Shown here: in pieces, positions 24,005 through 31,215 of the stretch
How the letters are laid out: the number at the start of each line of letters is the position of its first letter
Numbering within the stretch: position 1 is the stretch's first letter
Virus record (IMG/VR): IMGVR_UViG_3300033076_000312
Coordinates: 1 to 31,215 of that record
DNA from: a virus
Lineage: Duplodnaviria > Caudoviricetes
Strand: one strand, 5' to 3'
DNA: 31,215 bases
Position numbers and translations under genes: made by a program
Notes under the pieces: generated by a model
The model's database searches: none
Told to the model about the DNA's origin: nothing
The model's input: only the letters and a program-made list of their open reading frames with translations

Positions 24005-24874
24005 ATGTCTCTGCTTTCATCTCTCGGTCTCGGCACGACCAAGCAAGTACAGAACGTAGCACCCGTTGCGGGCGGCAATACGTATCTTCAGGATATGCAG
24101 AAGCTGCTTGCCGGCGATCTTAGCTCCTCGCTTACTGGCGGTGAAAAGCTAGCTACGCTCGGCGCGCTCTTGAAGTCCGCTGCTCGCGGTTCGCAGACCA
24201 CGCCGCAGGAAGTTATCGCGCAGGCTCGCCAGATGGCACAGAACCGCACGTCTACTCAATTGCAGCTTGCTCAGCTTCAGGCCAAGGCCGAACAGGAGCA
24301 GAAGCAGAAGGCGTTCATCTCGCAGTATGCTAGCGCCATGCCGGAAGATAAGCGCAAGATTCTGGAAAATATGGACACGGCCGAGGCGTTCAAGACGGTA
24401 TCGACCGAAGCGTTCCGCCCGAAGCAAGTCCAGCAGATTGTGCGCGATGCCGATGGTAACACCCGGATTACGTATCAGGACGGAACCAGCCAGGTTGCGG
24501 ACTGGAAACTCCCGGCCAAGACTGAATACAAGGACGTTGGCGACAAGTTGATCCTGGTTGATTCGGATTCCGGCAAGCCGATCCTTGACGACGCCGGGCA
24601 GCAGCGTGTTTTGCCTAAGAACCTTTCGCCGTATGAAGTACAGTCTCTCAGTCTTCGCCGGCAGGAAATGGCACAGTCTGCAAGCAATGCCGCACGCTCG
24701 GCCGGGGCTGCGGAGCGCGGGCAGTTGGTGCAGACGGATCAGGGCTTTGCAGTTTGGGGGCCTAAGTCGCAGACGTTGCGTCCACTTCCTACTACGCTTA
24801 AGCCAAAGGCTGCGGCTAATCCTTTCTTGAACATCCTGAACCCCACCGGAAATCCCGCGTTCGGCAACCGCTAA
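24005..24874 (+). CDS. DNA ejection (internal virion) protein 2
   Basis: Q/A-rich N-terminal half, beta-hairpin-like C-terminal half; lies between the other two ejection-type genes. Confidence 0.6.
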   Translation: MSLLSSLGLGTTKQVQNVAPVAGGNTYLQDMQKLLAGDLSSSLTGGEKLATLGALLKSAARGSQTTPQEVIAQARQMAQNRTSTQLQLAQLQAKAEQEQKQKAFISQYASAMPEDKRKILENMDTAEAFKTVSTEAFRPKQVQQIVRDADGNTRITYQDGTSQVADWKLPAKTEYKDVGDKLILVDSDSGKPILDDAGQQRVLPKNLSPYEVQSLSLRRQEMAQSASNAARSAGAAERGQLVQTDQGFAVWGPKSQTLRPLPTTLKPKAAANPFLNILNPTGNPAFGNR

Positions 24875-24890
24875 ATACGACGAGGTCTAA

Positions 24891-27824
24891 ATGGCAGACG
24901 CCAACACTTCGGCGCAGCTTCAGTCCAGCGCCACGTTGGCGCAGCGGCTTCAGGCTCGCCTTGATGCCGGGGCTAATCTCGACGAACTGCTGAAACTTGC
25001 AGCAGATGCGGGCGTCTCGCTTGATCCGGCGTTGACGCAGCAGATGGTTGACTACGTCGCGCAAGGTGGCAAAGGCGCGCAGTTCCTTCCTGGCGTTGGC
25101 GGCGAGACTACGCCGGCTGTACCCGAAGTTGCTCCTAGCCCCGCCAGTCAGACACCACTCGGCGCGGCTATTGCTGGCGCGGCCGACGTATATGCAGCGG
25201 AGCCGTCGCTTGGTCTCGACCCAGCCAACCGTAGCGAACTAGAAAAGCTTGGCATTCTTGGCAAGTACCTGTACGCGCCGCTCGGTGACATCGGCGCTGC
25301 TGCGTACACTACCGCTCAGGCTGGCCTCATGGGTGCCGCACAGGGAACGGGTCAGCTTCTTGAAAATATCGGCGTGCTTCCTGCGGTTGAGGCACTGACT
25401 AGCGTCAAGCAGACCCCGCAGAGCTTTGCAGAACAGGCACTCGGCATCGCCGACTTTGCCACGATGAAGTATCCATTCGCTACGATTCCGGAACTTCCGT
25501 CACGCACTGCTCCTACTCTGCCTCGCGTTGCTGAAGTTGCAGCCGAAGTGACCCCACCGCCGATGCCAAAGGTTCGCGCACCGAAGGCCGAGCCGACTGT
25601 TCCTGTCAACGAAATGCCGACGCTTACTCCGGCCGAGGGCAAGGCCGCGCTTGAGGGTATGGCCGAACAGGGCATGACTCAGCCGCTGCCGAAGCTGGAC
25701 GTTAGCGAGAAGGTAGCCAACTTCGCATCAGATTACTTGAATGCTGGTGGGCTTACCCGCCCCGCCGACATGCCGTTCTCTGAGTTCTTCTACCGCCACG
25801 TCAAGGCCGGCACGGTTCCTGAAGATCAGTTCCGCGAACTGGTACAGAAGTATAACCTAGATGACCAAGACGTGATGGAACTGTTCACCGGCACCCGCCA
25901 GGGTCTCGGCGATGCAGCGCGCACCATGCAGCGTTTCAGCGTTGCTAGTCGCTACGTCCCGACCGAAGCGGGCGAACTTGCTAAGCTCGGCGTCGAGCAG
26001 GCAGCAGACCTTTCGTTGTGGCAGCGCCTCACGAACACGTATCGCGGTGCGCTGGTGTCGAACATGGCTACGACGATGCGCAACAACATCTCGTCGCTGG
26101 CCCGTGTGCCTATCGATGTTGCGACGAACCTTGCCGACACTGCAATTAATGCCGCCGCTAATCCATTCCGCGCCGAGAAGGTTGGCGTCAACCCGATGGA
26201 CGCATTCGCTGTCGTTACGGATCGGTTCAATCCGGCGCAGAACAAGCGGTTCTACGATCAGCTTCGCAATGTACAGCCTGGCGTCAACCAGGAACTGATG
26301 GCCACTTACGCCTCAGACATTGCCCGCGTCACGAAGAAAGACGCATTCTCGAAAGCCGAGAAGGCAGTCGATACGATTAACCTGTTCAACCGGGTATCGG
26401 AAACGGCGACGCGCAAGGCAATGTTCCCCGTGTTCCTACGCCGAGAAGCGACTAAGCTCGGCTATAACTTCGACGAACTGGTTGACGCGGAGAAGTTGAA
26501 CGCGCTGCCAGAAGAAGCATATCAGAACGCGCTCAATGCTACGCTCGACTACACGTACTCGGCTCGGCCAAAGCGTGATAGCTTTGCTGATCTCTTTGTT
26601 CGGACGGTTGAGAAGGGCGGGCTTCCGCTGGCGACGGTCATGCCATTCCCGCGCTTCATGGTGAACGCCATGAAGTTTCAGTTCGATCATAGCCCAGCCG
26701 GGTTCTTCCGGTTGCTCAGCAAGGCCGAGCGCGAGAAGTTTGCTAAGGGCGATCCATCTGCACTGTCCAAGGCGATGGTCGGCTCGTCGCTGCTTTACGC
26801 TGCGTATGAGTTCCGCAACAGCGAGAACGCTGGCGAAAAATGGTACGAAGCCAAGACTGATAGCGGCAAGACGTTCGACCTTCGTCCGTTCTTCCCGGCC
26901 GCGCCGTATCTGCTCGTCGCCGACATCATCAAGCGCAGCCAGGATGGCTCTGTCGATCTTGCGTTTGAAGCGAAGGATATTCTTCAGGGTCTAACCGGCG
27001 CGCAGTTCCGTGCTGGCGGTGGTCTCTACGTCGCCGACGAACTCATCCGTGACTTGTCGAACGCTGGCACTAACACCGAGAAGGCCAAGACAATTGCGAA
27101 GCAGTGGCTGGCGAATGTTGGCGGGGGCTTCCTCGTTCCGTTCCAGCAGTTCAAGGACTTCTACGCACAGTACAATCCGGAAGAAGCGGTCTACCGCGAC
27201 GCCAAGGACAGCGCACTCGGCACGGCGCTGCGTGCGGTGCCTGGTGCGCAGCGCGCTCTCGGAGTACCCGAAGCCGAGCTACCGACCCGTGAAGGTGCGT
27301 CCGTCACTGTGGACCCGGCACTGCGCCAGCTTCTCGGCGTAACTGTCCGTCAAGAGAAGAACTTCCTTGAAAGCGAGATCGACCGTCTTGGTCTGGCGCC
27401 GTATGAACTTGGTCCGAAAACTGGCGACCCGGAGATGGACCGCCTGATTAACCGTGATCTCGGTATCATCGCTGAGCGAGGCGTACTGCCGCTGATCCAG
27501 TCAGCGCAGTACAAGCAGCTTGACGATGTGCGCAAGGTGCAAGCGATCCGCGATGTTTACTCCAAGGCGCGCGAAGTAGCGATGCAGAAGTTCGAGGCCG
27601 AGAATCCGGAACTAGCACTAATTAAGAGCCTTAAGAACCGTAACCGTACCGAGAAGGTTCTCATCAACCGGGCATTCCAAGAGAAGACTGGCAAGACCGC
27701 AGAAGAATTTCTGCGCCAGCTTCGCGAAGCCCCGATGGTTCGTTCACAAGAACAGTACGACGCATTGCCCAAGGGTGCAAAGTTCACCGATCCTGGCGAC
27801 TACAAGGTATACGAGAAGAAGTAA
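24891..27824 (+). CDS. Large DNA ejection (internal virion) protein 3
   Basis: 977 aa, helical, last large gene of the structural block; C-terminal QEQYDALPKGAKFTDP motif. Confidence 0.65.
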   Translation: MADANTSAQLQSSATLAQRLQARLDAGANLDELLKLAADAGVSLDPALTQQMVDYVAQGGKGAQFLPGVGGETTPAVPEVAPSPASQTPLGAAIAGAADVYAAEPSLGLDPANRSELEKLGILGKYLYAPLGDIGAAAYTTAQAGLMGAAQGTGQLLENIGVLPAVEALTSVKQTPQSFAEQALGIADFATMKYPFATIPELPSRTAPTLPRVAEVAAEVTPPPMPKVRAPKAEPTVPVNEMPTLTPAEGKAALEGMAEQGMTQPLPKLDVSEKVANFASDYLNAGGLTRPADMPFSEFFYRHVKAGTVPEDQFRELVQKYNLDDQDVMELFTGTRQGLGDAARTMQRFSVASRYVPTEAGELAKLGVEQAADLSLWQRLTNTYRGALVSNMATTMRNNISSLARVPIDVATNLADTAINAAANPFRAEKVGVNPMDAFAVVTDRFNPAQNKRFYDQLRNVQPGVNQELMATYASDIARVTKKDAFSKAEKAVDTINLFNRVSETATRKAMFPVFLRREATKLGYNFDELVDAEKLNALPEEAYQNALNATLDYTYSARPKRDSFADLFVRTVEKGGLPLATVMPFPRFMVNAMKFQFDHSPAGFFRLLSKAEREKFAKGDPSALSKAMVGSSLLYAAYEFRNSENAGEKWYEAKTDSGKTFDLRPFFPAAPYLLVADIIKRSQDGSVDLAFEAKDILQGLTGAQFRAGGGLYVADELIRDLSNAGTNTEKAKTIAKQWLANVGGGFLVPFQQFKDFYAQYNPEEAVYRDAKDSALGTALRAVPGAQRALGVPEAELPTREGASVTVDPALRQLLGVTVRQEKNFLESEIDRLGLAPYELGPKTGDPEMDRLINRDLGIIAERGVLPLIQSAQYKQLDDVRKVQAIRDVYSKAREVAMQKFEAENPELALIKSLKNRNRTEKVLINRAFQEKTGKTAEEFLRQLREAPMVRSQEQYDALPKGAKFTDPGDYKVYEKK

Positions 27825-27949
27825 TGGCCAAGAACGTACTAAACAAAACGTGGAAACCGATGCCAAAAGCCAAGCGGCGTAGTAAGCCAGCGGCTCTTCG
27901 GCACCGTAAGAAGCTTGGACCACGTAGTCACTTGCGCACTAAGTTCTAA
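27824..27949 (+). CDS. 41-aa highly basic peptide (not in ORF track)
   Basis: MAKNVLNKTWKPMPKAKRRSKPAALRHRKKLGPRSHLRTKF*. TAATG coupling; 15 K/R and no D/E. Confidence 0.6.
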   Translation: MAKNVLNKTWKPMPKAKRRSKPAALRHRKKLGPRSHLRTKF

Positions 27950-27960
27950 AGGTCTACTAT
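27932..27960 (+). promoter_or_regulatory. Sigma70-like promoter for the resolvase-helicase pair, probably leaderless
   Basis: TTGCGC-N17-TACTAT, then 7 nt to ATG 27968; no SD. Confidence 0.55.
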
Positions 27961-27967
27961 TAGCCCC

Positions 27968-28519
27968 ATGAAAATCATGGGCGTAGACCCCGGCGCTTCT
28001 GGCGCTTTAGTTATTCTCGACACGGACGACCGTTCGATTGTCGTGATTGATATGCCCACTACTAAAGTTAAGCGAGGGCCGCGGACCGTCAACCAAGTTG
28101 ATGCCGTGGCCCTTTCTCATGCGCTGCAACCATATTCGGGTGAATGCACCGCGCTCGTCGAGAAAGTCCACTCTATGCCCGGCCAGGGTGTAGCCTCGAC
28201 CTTCAGCTTTGGCCGTGCGGCTGGTGTGTTAGAGGGCGTTCTTGCTGCGCTCGACATTCCTTTCTCGTTGATCCCGCCGCAAACATGGACTAAGGCTATG
28301 CGTCTATTCGGCGGAAAGGACGGAAGCCGGGCAAGAGCGCAAGAACTATTCCCCGACCAAGCGCACCTCTTCGCTAGGAAGAAGGACGATGGCCGGGCGG
28401 ATGCTGCGCTGATCGCCTGCTACGCCGCAGAAAGGTTGGAGAGTGGAACACCTATTCGAGTATCAGAAGACGGGGGCGAAGTTCCTCGCAGAAAACCCCG
28501 CCGCGTTTCTCGCGGATGA
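27968..28519 (+). CDS. ruvC: RuvC-like Holliday junction resolvase
   Basis: IMGVDPGASGA, LVEKVHSMPGQGVASTFSFG, PQTWTK, DGRADAALIA. Confidence 0.88.
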   Translation: MKIMGVDPGASGALVILDTDDRSIVVIDMPTTKVKRGPRTVNQVDAVALSHALQPYSGECTALVEKVHSMPGQGVASTFSFGRAAGVLEGVLAALDIPFSLIPPQTWTKAMRLFGGKDGSRARAQELFPDQAHLFARKKDDGRADAALIACYAAERLESGTPIRVSEDGGEVPRRKPRRVSRG

Positions 28520-29726
28520 ACAGGGACTGGGCAAGACGATTCAGGTTATCGCAGCCTGCGATCTTCTCGGCCTTACAAAAGTCGCTGTCGTCTGCCCCGC
28601 CATCGCTAAGATCAACTGGAAACGTGAGTTCGATAAATGGGAAAAGGTCGAGCGACAAGTCCTCGTCTACTCCTACGACAAACTCACCCAGTCTAAGGAA
28701 GCGCGCAATGAGATCGCCAAGCTGGAGCCAGACGTTATCGTCCTCGACGAAGCGCATTATCTCAAGAACCGTCAAGCGAAGCGCACAAAGTATCTATATG
28801 GTCAGTACTGTCGCGGTGATGGTCTTGTCCGTTTCGCTGATCGTGTTTGGCTTCTTAGCGGTACTCCCGTTCCTAACGATGTCAGCGATTTCTGGACGCA
28901 TCTCAAAGCGATTTGGCAGTACCCTCTAAACTTTGTCGATTATACGCTGTACTTCTGCAAGACCTGGAACGGCCAGTTCGGGCTGAAGGTGCTGGGCAAC
29001 AAGGCCGAGCGCATGGCCGAGTTCAAGACGATCCTGAAGTCGATCATGCTCCGCCGGAAAGCCGAGACGGTGCTGAAGGAGTTACCACAATTGTGGTGGC
29101 AGGACGCGGTGGTCGAAGCGGACGGCTGGAACGACACGAACCATATCGCTGATGAGCGAGAGCGCGAAGCCGTAGAGCTTATCATCCAGAACGCCCTGTC
29201 CCAAGAAGATTTGTCAGACAAGGTGGACACTATAGCCCCGCACATTGCGTCGCTTCGGCGCTTGACAGCGACGGCAAAAGCAAAGCCGATTGCCGCGCAG
29301 TTGTCGTCCGAGTTGAAGGACCACGCCTACGACAAGGTCGTCGTGTTCGCCTACCATAAGTCGGCGCTGGAGATACTGCGAGAAGAACTGGCCGAGTTTA
29401 ACCCAGCTTACATTGTAGGCGGCCTAACAAATCAGGAGCGGCAGTCCGAGATTGATAGGTTCCAGAATGACCCGACGGTGCGGTGTTTCGTAGGCCAAAT
29501 CACCGCATGTTCTACGGCGATTACATTGACTGCGGCAAACCAGGTTGTGTTTGTAGAGTTGGACTGGGTGCCGGCTACGAATGCTCAGGCGTCAAAGCGG
29601 TGCCACCGCATTGGCCAGTCTCGGCCAGTTATCGTGCGGTCGTTTGGCCTAGCTAATTCGGTTGACGAAATTGTCGCACGGACACTGGCCAAGAAGACGC
29701 AGATGATCTCGGAAGCCTTAGACTAG
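28443..29726 (+). CDS. SNF2/HARP-like superfamily 2 helicase
   Basis: LFEYQ, LADEQGLGKT, VLDEAHYLKN, LSGTP, ELDWVPATNAQASKRCHRIGQ. GTG start with SD GGAG. Confidence 0.92.
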   Translation: MEHLFEYQKTGAKFLAENPAAFLADEQGLGKTIQVIAACDLLGLTKVAVVCPAIAKINWKREFDKWEKVERQVLVYSYDKLTQSKEARNEIAKLEPDVIVLDEAHYLKNRQAKRTKYLYGQYCRGDGLVRFADRVWLLSGTPVPNDVSDFWTHLKAIWQYPLNFVDYTLYFCKTWNGQFGLKVLGNKAERMAEFKTILKSIMLRRKAETVLKELPQLWWQDAVVEADGWNDTNHIADEREREAVELIIQNALSQEDLSDKVDTIAPHIASLRRLTATAKAKPIAAQLSSELKDHAYDKVVVFAYHKSALEILREELAEFNPAYIVGGLTNQERQSEIDRFQNDPTVRCFVGQITACSTAITLTAANQVVFVELDWVPATNAQASKRCHRIGQSRPVIVRSFGLANSVDEIVARTLAKKTQMISEALD

Positions 29727-29765
29727 AAAAGCCGGGGGTGACTTCCAAACCCCCGGCTTCCCTCT
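29727..29765. terminator. Terminator hairpin between convergent helicase and SSB genes
   Basis: AAGCCGGGGGT-gacttccaa-ACCCCCGGCTT, preceded by an A-tract. Confidence 0.75.
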
Positions 29766-29789
29766 GTCGCCACCCAACTGGCAACAAAC

Positions 29790-30350
29790 TTAGATCAGAT
29801 CGTCAAGGTCCGAAATGTCCGCGGACGGACGTGCTTCGGCCGAGAACTCGTCGGCTGCGCTCAGACGGCCGTCCATACGCGGGCCGTCATCCGTCTTCTG
29901 GATATTACCCAGGCTGAAGGCGATGCCGTTGTTGCCGTTCACGCTGTAAGCGTAAGCGCGCAGCGAGGCACGAACCTTGGCACCGGGGTAGATTTCCTTC
30001 GGATCAGTGATCGGAGCGGGCTTGCCGTCCGCGCCAGCAAACTTCGAAACAACCTGTGGCGCCTGCTTCGACTTGACGTTCATGAACGTCGAGCCTTCAG
30101 GATAGCCCTTCTCGACACCGTCTTCGCGAAAGGGCATACGAATCTTGCCGGACTTGACGAGGTCTTTAAACTTGTCGCCCCACTTTTCCTTTCCGACCGC
30201 AAGAGCGGCTGCTTTCAGATCAGTCAGGTCAACCCCGTCTGCAAACACCAGCGAGCAGCTATAGACCGGCTCGGTCGCACCCGGAGGGGTCTGCGGTTCG
30301 AAGATGTGGGGGTAGCTGATGATCGCTTCGGGCGTGATTACCTTAGTCAT
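29790..30350 (-). CDS. ssb: Single-stranded DNA-binding protein (DUF2815/Enc34-like)
   Basis: ISYPHIFEP, YSCSLVF, PFREDG, IYPGAKVRASL..AY..NGNNGIAFSLGNIQKTDDGPR and an acidic tail (DISDLDDLI). Confidence 0.88.
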   Translation of the reverse strand: MTKVITPEAIISYPHIFEPQTPPGATEPVYSCSLVFADGVDLTDLKAAALAVGKEKWGDKFKDLVKSGKIRMPFREDGVEKGYPEGSTFMNVKSKQAPQVVSKFAGADGKPAPITDPKEIYPGAKVRASLRAYAYSVNGNNGIAFSLGNIQKTDDGPRMDGRLSAADEFSAEARPSADISDLDDLI

Positions 30351-30365
30351 GCGTAGTTTCCTTGT

Positions 30366-31215
30366 TTACTCGTTCACGTCAAATTCGTCGGCAGCAAGTA
30401 GCGCAGCCGGCGAGCGGGCGTCTGTGTCCGGGACCATCGACAGGCCAGTAGACACAGACATTACGAGCGTGGCCGGCAAGTTCTTCTTCCCAACGATACG
30501 CTCGATTTGCGATGGCGACTTCAACTTCTTCTCGTAGAGATCGTCGTCATCCAAATCTTCGGTCGCAGCCCATGCAAGCAGTTCTTCCTCGTTCTTCCAA
30601 CGGCGGGTCGGACGCTTTTCCACAAGTTTGAAGCCAGGCAACTTCTCGCCGGTCTCAAGAATTGTGTGGGCATGGCGGCGGATAGACTTAATCCATTCCT
30701 CAATCAGCGGGATGCGCTCCATGTAGTGCGCAACTTCTTCCGGCGTGAGATCGTCGATCTGGCGGATAGCGCCGAACTCATCCTGCGCCACAGCCAGTGC
30801 GTTACCACGCAGGGCCGAGCAAGTACCAGCCGCCTTACAAAACTTACAGTGATCGCCGGCAACCAGCGGTGCGTTGTCCTTCACTGCCGCATGGGCCGCA
30901 TCGATCAGGTCGGTGCCGAAGTCCAGTATCTCGTCCTTCGTGTAGCTGTGCGTGCGGATCGAGCCTAGGCGATGCGGTGCGCGCGGCTGGACGATAGCGG
31001 TGTGGATCGCGTTTATCGGAGCGCGGTCGCCAATCTTCAGCACGGCGCCCAGCGCGTAGTACTTTAGCTGCGGATTGTCTTCTGCATCGACAGCTACGCC
31101 CTGGCCGTGCTTGTAGTCGATCACCCAGAGATTGCCAGTCTCCTTGCCGTAGATCGTGCAGTCGCTGGTGCCGAACATCGGCATCGGCGGATCAAGAGCT
31201 TCCAAGCTGAACCGC
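30366..31215 (-). CDS. DUF2800 family PD-(D/E)XK (Cas4-like) nuclease, 5' end beyond the window
   Basis: FGTSDC...VIDYKHGQGVAV...NPQLKYYALG, IVQPR, GDHCKFCKAAGTC, GFKLVE. The frame stays open to the window edge. Confidence 0.88.
   Translation of the reverse strand, partial: RFSLEALDPPMPMFGTSDCTIYGKETGNLWVIDYKHGQGVAVDAEDNPQLKYYALGAVLKIGDRAPINAIHTAIVQPRAPHRLGSIRTHSYTKDEILDFGTDLIDAAHAAVKDNAPLVAGDHCKFCKAAGTCSALRGNALAVAQDEFGAIRQIDDLTPEEVAHYMERIPLIEEWIKSIRRHAHTILETGEKLPGFKLVEKRPTRRWKNEEELLAWAATEDLDDDDLYEKKLKSPSQIERIVGKKNLPATLVMSVSTGLSMVPDTDARSPAALLAADEFDVNE

Noticed and set aside
30366-31215. Cas4 as part of a CRISPR system
   Set aside because: The DUF2800-SSB pairing is a standard phage replication/recombination module; no other cas genes or array are present.

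Overview
About 31 kb of a tailed dsDNA phage genome with a P22/Sf6-like podovirus gene set. No host genes, tRNAs, CRISPR arrays or tyrosine integrase were seen, and a spanin pair implies a Gram-negative host. From left to right: (1) the end of a + strand operon with a DUF3310 gene and a terminator; (2) a 270-bp non-coding mirror array of GTGCACGGTTT motifs around an AT-rich core, a candidate replication origin; (3) a - strand operon of about 10 very small genes (membrane peptides, an acidic protein, an XRE-type HTH) ending in an Sf6-type small terminase; (4) a divergent control region; (5) a long + strand late block with a serine recombinase coupled to TerL, a candidate three-hairpin sRNA, endonuclease VII, small basic proteins, portal, scaffold, major capsid, adaptor, fibre/LamG proteins, a lysis cassette interrupted by an HNH gene, tail hub and ejection proteins; (6) RuvC-like resolvase and SNF2-like helicase converging on - strand SSB and DUF2800 nuclease genes. 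The most notable items are the candidate sRNA with anti-Shine-Dalgarno loops matching early-gene RBSs, the mirror iteron array, the terS/terL split with a recombinase in the usual terS slot, and the acr-aca-like layout of the early operon. All family calls come from motif recognition by eye, not from database searches.
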